From: Bacteroidales bacterium
GTDB lineage: Bacteria > Bacteroidota > Bacteroidia > Bacteroidales > JAYRGN01
Length of the DNA stretch: 64,000 bases
Assembly: GCA_041907825.1 (NCBI GenBank)
Contig: JAYRGN010000002.1
Coordinates: 124,924-188,923, forward strand
Direction of reading: 5' to 3'
Part shown: positions 45,088 through 54,426 of the stretch, piece after piece
Layout of the letters: every line of letters begins with the position of its first letter
How positions within the stretch are numbered: position 1 is the stretch's first letter
Made by a program: the position numbers and the translations under genes
Notes under the pieces: model-generated
The model's database searches: none
What the model saw: the letters and a program-made list of their open reading frames with translations, nothing else
What the model was told of the DNA's origin: nothing

Positions 45088-46239
45088 TTAACCGATAAAT
45101 TCATTGGCTATGTTTCGCGCCAGATTGTCTGTTTCGCGATACGCAGGCATATCGGGGTTTGCAATAAAATCTATTTTCTCGAGTGTTTTTTCTATAATAA
45201 CGGGCATTCGCGTAAAAGAAAGCTGTCCGCAAAGAAAGGCGCTGACAACAACTTCGTTGGCCGCATTCATTGCACATGCCATGTTTCCTCCTTTTTTCAT
45301 GACATCGAAGGCAATGGCCAAATTGGGAAATTTTTCAATATCAGGCTTTTCGAACGTTAAAGTTGGGAAAGCTGCAATGCTGAAACGAGGCCAGTCAGTT
45401 TTTAATCGTTGCGGATACCCTATGGCATACTGAATCGGCAAGCGCATGTCCGGCAACCCTAACTGGGCTTTAATGCTGCCGTCTTCAAACTGAACCATTG
45501 AATGGATAATTGATTGGGGATGAACCACTACTTCAATCTGGTCGGCGGTAAGTCCAAATAACCATTTTGCTTCAATCGATTCTAGCCCTTTGTTCATTAA
45601 CGAAGCCGAATCGATCGTTACTTTTGCTCCCATGCACCAGTTCGGATGTTTCAGTGCTTTGTCTGGCGTTATTTTTTGCATTTCTTCTTTGGGTAGTGTA
45701 CGAAATGGTCCGCCCGAAGCTGTAAGATATATTTTTTCAATTCGATTGTGATATTCACCCTGCAAACATTGAAAAATAGCAGAATGTTCAGAATCAACAG
45801 GATAGACAGGTACTTTATTCGTTTCTGCAAGCCGGGTTATTAATTCTCCGGCAACTACCAGTGTTTCTTTATTTGCCAGAGCAATGGTTTTATGTGCTTC
45901 GATTGCCCGTATAGTAGGTTCAAGTCCCGAATACCCAACCATTGCCGTAAGCACCACATCAACAGAAGGTAACGTGACGATTTGTTCTATGGCTTCATTG
46001 CCGGCAAAAACTTTTACCGGTAAATGTTTTAAGGCTTCTTTTACCTGCTTGTATTTTTCTTTGTTTGCAATAACAACATGATTAGGAACAAATTGATGAG
46101 CTTGCTGTATAAGTAGTTCTGCATTATTATTGGCTGTAAGCACCTCTACCTCAAACTGGTCAGGATTTGCCGCAATAACATCAAGTGTTTGCGTTCCGAT
46201 TGATCCGGTTGATCCGAGGATGGCAATGCGTCGTTTCAC
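45088..46239 (-). CDS. dxr: 1-deoxy-D-xylulose 5-phosphate reductoisomerase
   Basis: 383 aa; ILGSTGSIGTQTLDV NADPH-binding N-terminus; LANKETLV and VDSEHSAIFQCL motifs. Confidence 0.97.
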   Translation of the reverse strand: MKRRIAILGSTGSIGTQTLDVIAANPDQFEVEVLTANNNAELLIQQAHQFVPNHVVIANKEKYKQVKEALKHLPVKVFAGNEAIEQIVTLPSVDVVLTAMVGYSGLEPTIRAIEAHKTIALANKETLVVAGELITRLAETNKVPVYPVDSEHSAIFQCLQGEYHNRIEKIYLTASGGPFRTLPKEEMQKITPDKALKHPNWCMGAKVTIDSASLMNKGLESIEAKWLFGLTADQIEVVVHPQSIIHSMVQFEDGSIKAQLGLPDMRLPIQYAIGYPQRLKTDWPRFSIAAFPTLTFEKPDIEKFPNLAIAFDVMKKGGNMACAMNAANEVVVSAFLCGQLSFTRMPVIIEKTLEKIDFIANPDMPAYRETDNLARNIANEFIG

Positions 46240-46329
46240 TGAAAATGTTTTGTTTATTAGTTTGTTACGTGTTTTGAATTGTAAAAACTCAGAAAGACAA
46301 AATAACGTAAATTATTGTTTGAAATCGCG

Positions 46330-47205
46330 TTAGAACACAATATATTCTTCTGGATTAATAGGCTGGCCGTCATGCCACAATTCAAAATGGAGATGAGGGC
46401 CTGTTGAAAGTTCTCCGGTATTACCAACTATAGCAATGGCTTCTCCTGCCGAAACTCTGGCTCCCTGCTGTTTTAATAGCACTGCACAATGTTTGTAAAC
46501 AGAGATAACATTCGATGAATGTTGTACTTGTATAATATAACCGGTTTCTAAAGTCCATGTAGAGAGAATAACTGTTCCATCAAGCGTCGATTTGATAACC
46601 GTATTGGCAGCTGTTGCAATGTCGATACCCAAATGTTTTGCATTAGGATTGTAATGACTTGTTATAACACCATTTACAGGTTTAAAAAAGTAAAAACGGG
46701 CAAAATCGGAATGTGTTTGCTTGTTTTTATTTTTTGCGGAAGCCGATAAGTTATATTGCTCTTCTTCTTCAATTTGTTTACGAAAAAGCGAATCGGTTTT
46801 TGATCGTTGAAATTTGATGTCTTTAAGCTTTACACTGTCAACCTGTTTGGAGTTGAATTCCGGATTTTCGGGCTGTTTGCCTGATATCACAGCTTCCAGA
46901 TCATGCATGTAACGATCCCTGAGATTTATTTCTTTCTGAAGAGAATCGAGTCGGAGTGCACTTTCAACAATACTTCTTCTCATATTCGGATCCGGGTAGC
47001 CGGGTATTAATTCTCTGATGTCGGTATAAGCGACCAGGAAAAAGACAATAGCGATTAATAGAAAACCCAGCAAGCCGCCTATCCATGCAAAATTGAATGC
47101 AGAGAGTCGCAGGTGTGCCAGTTCTTCAAACGTATTATCGTTGTAAATTATCAGCCTGTATTTGTCTTTCAGCTTTCTGATAAATTTACGTTTAGGCTTG
47201 TTCAT
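46330..47205 (-). CDS. M23-family peptidoglycan metalloendopeptidase
   Basis: 291 aa; TM anchor; HLGIDIA (HxxxD) and GPHLHFE (HxH) motifs. Confidence 0.9.
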   Translation of the reverse strand: MNKPKRKFIRKLKDKYRLIIYNDNTFEELAHLRLSAFNFAWIGGLLGFLLIAIVFFLVAYTDIRELIPGYPDPNMRRSIVESALRLDSLQKEINLRDRYMHDLEAVISGKQPENPEFNSKQVDSVKLKDIKFQRSKTDSLFRKQIEEEEQYNLSASAKNKNKQTHSDFARFYFFKPVNGVITSHYNPNAKHLGIDIATAANTVIKSTLDGTVILSTWTLETGYIIQVQHSSNVISVYKHCAVLLKQQGARVSAGEAIAIVGNTGELSTGPHLHFELWHDGQPINPEEYIVF

Positions 47206-47304
47206 TTGCTTGTTGCTATTTTACCCTAAAGCTGCAAAAATAACCTGAAATACAGGTTCGCCGGATGCTTTATAATATGTTAACAAAATAAAAGTTTTGA
47301 AATG

Positions 47305-47706
47305 TTAACCGACCGTGCCATCCGGATGTATCACTTTTACATGTACAGCTTCACTTTGCCATAAACCATGTTTGGTGCAATAAGCCATGGCTTGCAGGCA
47401 TACGCTAACCTGAGGAGTAATGTAAAAGTCAACTTCTGCATGAGCTGGCTTTCCTCCAAGTGAACCCGGAAGATAGCGCATTTCTGCGAGCATTGTTTCG
47501 CGATCCCAAAGCTGAATGTATCCGATATGGTGTGTTCCTTCGTCCGGATGAACAAATTGACTACCCATCCGTATCTTTACTTTCAGAACTTCGCCTTCTT
47601 TTACTTCGTTTGCACATTCAATATATGGTGTGTGACGATCGAAATAATCTTGTTGTAACTCATTTTCAGGCTTTTTTATGTCGCTGTATTTCGAAACTCG
47701 AGGCAT
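47305..47706 (-). CDS. superoxide reductase (neelaredoxin/desulfoferrodoxin centre-II type, SORL domain)
   Basis: 133 aa; DRHTPYIE, HPDEGTHHIGYIQL and YCTKHGLWQ align with the Fe ligand blocks (EKHVPVIE, HPxxxxHHIxYIEL, YCNIHGLWE) of archaeal/bacterial SORs. Confidence 0.85.
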   Translation of the reverse strand: MPRVSKYSDIKKPENELQQDYFDRHTPYIECANEVKEGEVLKVKIRMGSQFVHPDEGTHHIGYIQLWDRETMLAEMRYLPGSLGGKPAHAEVDFYITPQVSVCLQAMAYCTKHGLWQSEAVHVKVIHPDGTVG

Positions 47707-47795
47707 AACACAATGATTTTAATTCTATCCAAACTTATAAAAACTCTTTTGAAAAAAATATTTTAGAAAAAGCTTGCATTGAATAGAAATAGCAG

Positions 47796-47803
47796 TATCT
47801 TTG
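47796..47803 (+). promoter_or_regulatory. -7 box TAtcTTTG for initiator tRNA-Met
   Basis: Matches TAnnTTTG and ends 12 nt before the mature tRNA 5' end. Confidence 0.55.
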
Positions 47804-47814
47804 CAGCACAAAAT

Positions 47815-47887
<73 letters not shown>

Positions 47888-47891
47888 CTTC

Positions 47892-47919
47892 AAGGCAGTC
47901 TTTCAAGGCTGCCTTTTTT
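47892..47919 (+). terminator. intrinsic terminator after initiator tRNA
   Basis: Stem aaggcag / ctgcctt followed by a T6 run. Confidence 0.75.
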
Positions 47920-48009
47920 ATTTTATTATTCTTTTTACGACAATCATAGATCTTTTAAAACAAAAAGAGCTACCTCTTAAGTAGCTCTTTTTGGTGATTA
48001 AGATGAAAA

Positions 48010-49722
48010 TCAGGCTTTTTCTGCAGAAGAGATTTTTGCCCATGTATCTTTTAATGTTACAGTTCTGTTAAATACTGGTTTTTCGATTGTACTATCAGGA
48101 TCTACACAAAAATAGCCGATACGTTCAAATTGAAATTTATCAAGCGCTTTCGCTCCTTTTACAAAGGGTTCGATATATCCGGTTACAGTTTTTAAAGAGT
48201 CGGGGTTGAGATTTTCCTTGTAATCGTGTCCTTCCTCAACGTCTTCAGGACTTTCACTTTGAAATAAACGGTCGTAAATACGTACTTCTGCTTCAACGGC
48301 ATGTTTTGCCGAAACCCAGTGAATGGTACTTTTAACCTTGCGCCCATCAGGCGAATTACCTCCACGAGAAGCCGGATCGTACGTGCAATGTATAATGGTA
48401 ACGTTACCATTGTTATCTTTTTCAATGCTTTCGCATTTAATGAAATAAGCATATCGTAAACGAACTTCGATGCCTGGCGAAAGTCGGAAGAATTTTTTAG
48501 GAGGATTTTCCATAAAATCTTCCCGTTCGATGTAAAGTTCTTTCGAAAAAGGAACCTGACGAGTGCCGTCTTCCGGATTTTCCGGATTGTTGATGGCTTC
48601 GAGATATTCTTCCTGATTATCAGGATAGTTGTCTATTATAAGTTTCACCGGATTAACAACACCCATTACACGTAGAGCTCTTTTATTCAGATCTTCGCGT
48701 AAGCAAAATTCAAGGAATGAAACATCAATAACGTTATCTCGTTTTGCTACGCCTACTTTTTCGGCGAAACTGCGTAATGCTTCGGGTGTAAAACCACGAC
48801 GCCTTAATCCGCAAATAGTTGGCATTCGAGGGTCGTCCCAACCACTTACGAATTTGTTTTTAACCAGTTCGAGCAATTTTCGTTTACTCATAACGGTATA
48901 GCTGATATTAAGACGAGCAAACTCTATTTGTTGCGGAGCATAAATGCCTATGGCATTTACAAACCATTCGTACAACGGACGATGAACGTCAAACTCAAGT
49001 GTACAGATAGAGTGAGTGATGCCTTCGATTGAATCGCTTTCGCCGTGCGCATAGTCGTACATAGGATAAATACACCATTTGTTACCTGTGCGGTGATGTT
49101 CGGAATGAAGAATGCGGTACATTACCGGGTCGCGAAGCAACATATTGGGTGAAGCCATGTCTATTTTTGCACGTAGTGTGCGTGAGCCATCAGAAAACTC
49201 ACCAGCTCGCATACGCCGGAAAAGATCAAGATTTTCTTCGACCGAACGATTGCGGTATGGGCTTTCTTTTCCCGGAATGGTCGGTGTTCCACGGTATTGG
49301 CTCATTTCTTCAGCATTAAGATCGCAAACATAAGCTTTACCGAGCGTGATTAATTTTTCGGCCCATTCATATAACTGATCGAAATAATCGGATGCATAAT
49401 ATTCCCCGTCCCACTGAAATCCGAGCCAACGAACATCTTCTCGGATAGAATCGACATATTCGGTATCTTCTTTTACCGGATTAGTATCGTCAAAACGAAG
49501 ATTACATTTACCTCCGTATTTTTTTGCTAAACCGAAATTCAGGCAGATAGACTTTGCATGTCCTATATGCAGGTAACCATTAGGTTCTGGCGGAAATCGA
49601 GTATGTACACGGTTTCCAAACCTTCCGGTACGGTTGTCTTCGTCAATTCGTTGTTCAATAAAATTCTTGATTTCTTTAATTCCGGATTCTTCTGTATTTA
49701 CCGGGTTTACAACATCGCTCAT
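48010..49722 (-). CDS. glnS: glutamine--tRNA ligase
   Basis: ORF open to 49860, but the conserved protein begins at ATG 49722 (MSDVVNPV...) and a TActTTTG -7 box lies inside the extension. HIGH motif (YLHIGHAKS) and KMSKS variant (VMSKRK). Confidence 0.95.
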   Translation of the reverse strand: MSDVVNPVNTEESGIKEIKNFIEQRIDEDNRTGRFGNRVHTRFPPEPNGYLHIGHAKSICLNFGLAKKYGGKCNLRFDDTNPVKEDTEYVDSIREDVRWLGFQWDGEYYASDYFDQLYEWAEKLITLGKAYVCDLNAEEMSQYRGTPTIPGKESPYRNRSVEENLDLFRRMRAGEFSDGSRTLRAKIDMASPNMLLRDPVMYRILHSEHHRTGNKWCIYPMYDYAHGESDSIEGITHSICTLEFDVHRPLYEWFVNAIGIYAPQQIEFARLNISYTVMSKRKLLELVKNKFVSGWDDPRMPTICGLRRRGFTPEALRSFAEKVGVAKRDNVIDVSFLEFCLREDLNKRALRVMGVVNPVKLIIDNYPDNQEEYLEAINNPENPEDGTRQVPFSKELYIEREDFMENPPKKFFRLSPGIEVRLRYAYFIKCESIEKDNNGNVTIIHCTYDPASRGGNSPDGRKVKSTIHWVSAKHAVEAEVRIYDRLFQSESPEDVEEGHDYKENLNPDSLKTVTGYIEPFVKGAKALDKFQFERIGYFCVDPDSTIEKPVFNRTVTLKDTWAKISSAEKA

Positions 49723-49793
49723 ACGATCGTTTTTTAGGACAATTACAACTAAGCCTTTCGGCAAATAGATAATTATATTGATACTGTATATTA

Positions 49794-49801
49794 CAAAAGT
49801 A
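49794..49801 (-). promoter_or_regulatory. -7 box TActTTTG for glnS
   Basis: Plus-strand caaaagta, 72 nt upstream of ATG 49722. Confidence 0.4.
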
Positions 49802-49863
49802 AAGGAATATTTGCTTGAAAGAAGAACTCCTGCCAAAAAATTCCTTATGTCGTACAGCAAATG

Positions 49864-49871
49864 TATTTTTG
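49864..49871 (+). promoter_or_regulatory. -7 box TAttTTTG for folB
   Basis: Matches TAnnTTTG, 19 nt upstream of ATG 49890; divergent from the glnS promoter. Confidence 0.45.
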
Positions 49872-49889
49872 CAGAAAAAAGAATAAAAA

Positions 49890-50246
49890 ATGGGCGTAAT
49901 ACATCTCGAAAACATGGAATTTTATGCTTACCATGGTTGTTTTGCAGAAGAAGCTATAGTAGGAAATAATTTTATTGTAAATCTTTGGTTGGAAACCAAT
50001 ACGGAAAAGCCTTCGGAAACAGATGATATAAACGATGCGCTTAACTACCAACAGACATATTTATTGGTAAAGGCTCAAATGGAGATCCGTTCTCATTTGC
50101 TTGAAAATGTTTGTATGCGAATACTAGACACTCTTTTTGATAACTTTTCTCAATTAAATGAGGCAAGAGTGAAAGTAAGCAAGCTGAATCCTCCAATGGG
50201 AGGGCCTATGAAAGCTGTCAGTGTTGAACTTTCGCATAAAAAATAA
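49890..50246 (+). CDS. folB: dihydroneopterin aldolase
   Basis: 118 aa; [26 protein letters not shown] and [10 protein letters not shown] blocks typical of FolB. Confidence 0.85.
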   Translation: MGVIHLENMEFYAYHGCFAEEAIVGNNFIVNLWLETNTEKPSETDDINDALNYQQTYLLVKAQMEIRSHLLENVCMRILDTLFDNFSQLNEARVKVSKLNPPMGGPMKAVSVELSHKK

Positions 50247-50249
50247 ATT

Positions 50250-50420
50250 ATGGGAAAGCAAAAGACATGTCCACGATGTGGAAAAACATTCGAATGTAAT
50301 CACGGTTCTGTATGCTGGTGTTCTTCTTATTCTATTGATAAAGAAAATATTGAACTATTAAAAAGAGAATTTGAAGACTGCCTTTGTGAAGATTGTTTGA
50401 GACTTTACGCTAAAAAATGA
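50250..50420 (+). CDS. small cysteine-rich CWC-family protein (not in the ORF track)
   Basis: ATG 50250 lies 3 nt after the folB stop. 56 codons: MGKQKTCPRCGKTFECNHGSVCWCSSYSIDKENIELLKREFEDCLCEDCLRLYAKK, with 8 Cys including CPRC, CWC and CEDC; TGA at 50418-50420. Confidence 0.6.
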   Translation: MGKQKTCPRCGKTFECNHGSVCWCSSYSIDKENIELLKREFEDCLCEDCLRLYAKK

Positions 50421-50451
50421 CACTGATATTTTCGTATTTAACGAATTTGTG

Positions 50452-50459
50452 TACATTTG
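50452..50459 (+). promoter_or_regulatory. -7 box TAcaTTTG for tRNA-Cys
   Basis: Matches TAnnTTTG and ends 12 nt before the mature tRNA 5' end. Confidence 0.55.
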
Positions 50460-50470
50460 CAGTCCCAAAT

Positions 50471-50541
50471 GGTCGCTTGGCCGAGTGGTTAGGCAGCGGT
50501 CTGCAAAACCGCGTACGGCGGTTCGAATCCGCCAGTGACCT
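50471..50541 (+). tRNA. tRNA-Cys (anticodon GCA)
   Basis: Hand-folded: acceptor ggtcgct/agtgacc; 3-bp D-stem; anticodon stem gcggt/accgc with loop ctGCAaa; T-arm ggcgg-ttcgaat-ccgcc; discriminator U73 (a Cys identity element). Confidence 0.9.
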
Positions 50542-50549
50542 CACTTGTT

Positions 50550-50584
50550 AATCGCAATTATCTTTTAGATGATTGCGATTTTTT
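50550..50584 (+). terminator. intrinsic terminator after tRNA-Cys
   Basis: Stem aatcgcaat / attgcgatt followed by a T-run. Confidence 0.7.
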
Positions 50585-50730
50585 ATTTTTTGTAGTCTAA
50601 AATTATTTGTAATTGGAATTAAATACAAATTTAGTAAATGCTTTGCATTAAGCATTTCATTGAACTTAAAGGCAATAAGTTTGTGATTTGTATTATTTGT
50701 CGATTGTGTTTAGTCTATGCTTAATTCATT

Positions 50731-51504
50731 TTAATCTCGGTGCTCTTTAAGTAATATTTTCTTTAATTCTTTTGCCATATTTGATGCAAAAACGAAGTCG
50801 TTAAGATGTTCATTGTCATTAAATAAAATTTCTTTATTACATCCTTCCCATTCTTTCTTTCCTTTGTAAATGAACACAATTTTTTCACCAATTTCCATTA
50901 CTGAATTCATGTCGTGAGTATTGATAATGGTGGTAATGTTGTATTCTTCTGTGATTTCTTTAATTAAATTATCTATGATGATAGAAGTTTGAGGATCGAG
51001 TCCCGAATTGGGTTCGTCACAAAATAAATATTTAGGATTTAAGGCGATAGCACGAGCAATGGCAACGCGTTTTTGCATCCCTCCACTTATTTCGCTTGGA
51101 TATAAATGGTTTACATTCTTTAAATTAACTCTCTCAAGACAAAAATTAGCACGATCTCTTTTTTCAGATGATGACATATCGGTGAACATATCCATTGGAT
51201 ACATAATGTTTTCTTCTACTGTCGAAGAATCGAAAAGGGCCCCGCTTTGAAAAAGCATTCCAATTTCCATTCGGAGTCTCTTTTTTTCGATAAACGATAA
51301 GTTGTTGAAAAAAATATCACTACCGTATATAATGTCTCCTTCATCAACCTCGTGTAGTCCGATAATTGATTTTAATAAAACAGTCTTACCCGATCCGCTT
51401 TGGCCAATAATCAGGTTCGTTTTTCCGGTTTCAAAAGTTACCGATATGTTTTGTAAAACTTGTTTTTCTGCAAAGGATTTTGATATATTTCGAACCTCAA
51501 TCAT
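50731..51504 (-). CDS. mlaF: ABC transporter ATP-binding protein, MlaF-like
   Basis: 257 aa; Walker A GQSGSGKT; signature ISGGMQKRVAIARA; Walker B LFCDEPNSGLD; 4-nt overlap with the upstream permease. Confidence 0.85.
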   Translation of the reverse strand: MIEVRNISKSFAEKQVLQNISVTFETGKTNLIIGQSGSGKTVLLKSIIGLHEVDEGDIIYGSDIFFNNLSFIEKKRLRMEIGMLFQSGALFDSSTVEENIMYPMDMFTDMSSSEKRDRANFCLERVNLKNVNHLYPSEISGGMQKRVAIARAIALNPKYLFCDEPNSGLDPQTSIIIDNLIKEITEEYNITTIINTHDMNSVMEIGEKIVFIYKGKKEWEGCNKEILFNDNEHLNDFVFASNMAKELKKILLKEHRD

Positions 51505-52250
51505 GAGAGAAGTAGTTGTGTGAGTAATACATTAAAAAACAAAATAAGCACACTGCTATAAACAACTGCCATTGTACTGGAGCGCCCTACACTTACCGAT
51601 CCTCCTTCGACATAATACCCCATATATCCGGAAACGGTAGTAATAATAAAAGCAAATATGGCCGATTTTATTACAGAATAAGTGACATAAAAAGGAACAA
51701 ATCCACGTTGAACGCCTGTAATAAAATCATTGGTGGATAATGAACCGGTTGCAATTACGGCTAGCCATCCTCCCCAAATTCCTGTAACCATGCTTATTAA
51801 GGTTAAAATAGGGTTGAATAAAACTAATGCAACTATCTTGGGTAAATTAAGGTAACTGGCCGAGTTTACTCCCATAATTTCGAGAGCATCAATTTGTTCG
51901 GTTACCCGCATAGTGCCAATTTCTGACGCAATATTAGATCCAACTTTTCCCGCAAGAATAAGACCAACCATTGTTGAAGAAAATTCTAAAATCATGGTGT
52001 CTCTTGCAGATAATCCGACAATGTACATCGGTAGTAGCGGATTATTAAGATTATAGCGCACTTGCAGCGTGATTACTGCCCCCATAAAAATGGAAATTAT
52101 AATAACAATAGGAATAGAATTTACTCCCAGTTTTTGAATTTCTTTAACCATTTGTCTGTAGTACATCGTGTAATTTTCAGGACGGACAAACGTTTTCTTC
52201 AAAAAGAGGAAGTAGCATCCCAATTGGTGCATTACTTTATCTATAATCAT
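51501..52250 (-). CDS. mlaE: ABC transporter permease, MlaE family
   Basis: ORF open to 52307. ATG 52250 (MIIDKVMHQLG) is preferred because a TAcaTTTG -7 box (52271-52278, minus) lies inside the extension. Multi-TM MlaE-like sequence. Confidence 0.85.
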   Translation of the reverse strand: MIIDKVMHQLGCYFLFLKKTFVRPENYTMYYRQMVKEIQKLGVNSIPIVIIISIFMGAVITLQVRYNLNNPLLPMYIVGLSARDTMILEFSSTMVGLILAGKVGSNIASEIGTMRVTEQIDALEIMGVNSASYLNLPKIVALVLFNPILTLISMVTGIWGGWLAVIATGSLSTNDFITGVQRGFVPFYVTYSVIKSAIFAFIITTVSGYMGYYVEGGSVSVGRSSTMAVVYSSVLILFFNVLLTQLLLS

Positions 52251-52270
52251 TTTTATCTGTATTGAGATTG

Positions 52271-52278
52271 CAAATGTA
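52271..52278 (-). promoter_or_regulatory. -7 box TAcaTTTG for the mlaE-mlaF operon
   Basis: Plus-strand caaatgta, 21 nt upstream of ATG 52250. Confidence 0.45.
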
Positions 52279-52380
52279 GGTACAAATCGAGTAATTCTCA
52301 GCGACAAGCTGATTTCCTATGCTTGCTTATGTCATTTATAACTGAAAAAAAAATGTAATTTCGCAAAAAAACTACTTAGC

Positions 52381-53463
52381 ATGAACCAAAATTATTATTG
52401 CGTGATTATGGCGGGAGGAATAGGAAGTCGTTTTTGGCCTCTTAGTCGTAAGTCAAAACCAAAACAATTTCTTGATATACTGGGTACTGGTAAAACATTA
52501 ATTCAGCAGACTTTCGATCGTTTTAAAAGTATTATTCCAGTTGAAAATATATTAATCGTTAGTAATCAGGAATATGCTGATCTGATTTACGAACAGTTAC
52601 CTGAAGTTTTAAAAGAGAATGTTTTGTTAGAGCCAATGCGCAGAAACACAGCACCTTGTATAGCATATTCTAATTTTAAGATTTTGAAATCAAATCCACA
52701 TGCCAGCATTGTGGTTGCTCCTTCCGATCATTTGATTTTAGATGAAAAACGTTTTATTGAAAATATTGAACATGGTTTAGCTTTTGTTTCTTCGCAAAAA
52801 GTATTATTAACTTTGGGTATTCATCCTAGCCGACCAGAAACAGGCTATGGCTATATTCAGGCTGACAGCGAAGTTATTTGTGACTATTTTAGACCGGTGA
52901 AAGTTTTTACAGAAAAGCCAGACTTAGCGATGGCTAAGTTGTTTTTAGAGAGTGGAGACTTCTACTGGAATTCTGGCATTTTCATGTGGTCGTTACCCTC
53001 TATTCTTGATGCTTTTAATGAATATTTGCCAGAAATTCAGGCTTTATTTTCTGAAGATGTCCAGTATTTCAATACTGACAAAGAAGCTGATTATATCAAA
53101 TCTGTTTATTCTCATTGTAAGAATATCTCAATTGATTATGGAATAATGGAAAAAGCATCTAATGTCTATGTAATATGCTGTGATTTTGGTTGGTCTGATT
53201 TGGGAACCTGGGGGTCATTGTATGATCATATTTCGCATGATGAATATGCTAATGCTATTTCTGGGAACAGGGTTCAAACATATAAAACGAAAAATTGTAT
53301 AGTTAGTGTTCCTGAAGATAAATTAGTTGTTATACAAGGACTTGAAAATTATATTATTGCAGAATCTGATAATGTTTTAATGATTTGTAAAAAAGAAGAA
53401 GAACAAGAAATTAGAACAATTGTAAATGATGTTGCACTGAAGCAAGGTGAAAAATTTATATAG
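52381..53463 (+). CDS. mannose-1-phosphate guanylyltransferase
   Basis: 360 aa; N-terminal VIMAGGIGSRFWPLSR nucleotidyltransferase motif; RRNTAPCIA and GYGYI blocks. Confidence 0.85.
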   Translation: MNQNYYCVIMAGGIGSRFWPLSRKSKPKQFLDILGTGKTLIQQTFDRFKSIIPVENILIVSNQEYADLIYEQLPEVLKENVLLEPMRRNTAPCIAYSNFKILKSNPHASIVVAPSDHLILDEKRFIENIEHGLAFVSSQKVLLTLGIHPSRPETGYGYIQADSEVICDYFRPVKVFTEKPDLAMAKLFLESGDFYWNSGIFMWSLPSILDAFNEYLPEIQALFSEDVQYFNTDKEADYIKSVYSHCKNISIDYGIMEKASNVYVICCDFGWSDLGTWGSLYDHISHDEYANAISGNRVQTYKTKNCIVSVPEDKLVVIQGLENYIIAESDNVLMICKKEEEQEIRTIVNDVALKQGEKFI

Positions 53464-53480
53464 AGCAAGTTAGTTGTTTG

Positions 53481-53537
53481 ATGTAAAAGGAGAAAGGGAC
53501 TTAAATTTTAAATTTAAGTCCCTTTCTCCTTTTACAT
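53481..53537. terminator. 57-nt perfect palindrome (27-bp stem, 3-nt loop) between convergent genes; probably a bidirectional terminator
   Basis: atgtaaaaggagaaagggacttaaatt (53481-53507) / tta / aatttaagtccctttctccttttacat (53511-53537), verified base by base. Confidence 0.65.
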
Positions 53538-53538
53538 T

Positions 53539-54417
53539 TTAATATTCCCAAAGATCTTGTTCGTATTCAAAAATACTATTTTTGATTCTCTCTGATTCAT
53601 ATAACTGATGAACGTTCTGAGTATATTCCTGAATTTGACGATTGTCATAAACGTTTGATTCTGCAATAATTCGACTTCCGAACCTTCTTTGTAAGAAGAA
53701 ATCATCGAATGAAATGGGCTGAGAATCGTTATTAGTATTATAAACCATATGGTTGGCGAAAAGCGGTCTTACCTCAGGAAAGTAGATCCAGAAAGTTTGC
53801 GTTTTAACCAACTCATCAGTTGGGTTCCCATTTTGATCTTCTCTGTATGTAATACGAATAGGGCATAAACCTATTATACGTACTTGTAATGTTGAGTAAT
53901 TGCGATCAAAAAACCAACGTTCTTTAATTAAAAGCTGTTTAACATCGTCTTTGCGACGTTTAAATTGAACAACAGTGTCTTTTGATTCTCCTTGTTCATT
54001 TGTTGCTTTTATCCTTTTTTCTCCAGCACCCATTAATCTTTCAAGCTTTTCTTTAGTAATAACTTGCTTGAACTCATTTTTTGTGTCAATATCAGGGTCG
54101 TAAGCTGTCAAATTATACTTATCAATACCTTCCAGTAAAAGGTCAATAAGACTCATTCTGTCCCCAATAGGTCGTGTCGGAAAATATAAAGGCAAATTTT
54201 GTTTTTCCCTTAGGTCTACTATTCTCCAAATTGTTTTTGACCACATTACATCTGCCTCACGTGTATAAGGGTAAGGAACTAGTTTCTTGTTCGGTATGTG
54301 TTCATTTACATACACTTCTTTCAGGCGATCAACATTGTCCTGAGCGTACACCCCTGTTGTAGCCAGTAACATGGTTATTCCAATAAATAAAAACGATTTT
54401 GCCTTCATAGCGTACAT
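53539..54417 (-). CDS. gldN: gliding motility / T9SS protein GldN (PorN)
   Basis: 292 aa; signal peptide; last gene of the gldK-L-M-N cluster; conserved ERWFFDR and WIYFPE blocks. Confidence 0.85.
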   Translation of the reverse strand: MYAMKAKSFLFIGITMLLATTGVYAQDNVDRLKEVYVNEHIPNKKLVPYPYTREADVMWSKTIWRIVDLREKQNLPLYFPTRPIGDRMSLIDLLLEGIDKYNLTAYDPDIDTKNEFKQVITKEKLERLMGAGEKRIKATNEQGESKDTVVQFKRRKDDVKQLLIKERWFFDRNYSTLQVRIIGLCPIRITYREDQNGNPTDELVKTQTFWIYFPEVRPLFANHMVYNTNNDSQPISFDDFFLQRRFGSRIIAESNVYDNRQIQEYTQNVHQLYESERIKNSIFEYEQDLWEY

Positions 54418-54426
54418 TTTTTTCTA

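Noticed and set aside
50636-50657. Hairpin aaatgctt-tgcatt-aagcattt downstream of mlaF as a terminator
   Set aside because: The stem is only 8 bp and AT-rich, there is no U-tract on the minus-strand transcript, and it lies about 75 nt from the stop. This is too weak to call.
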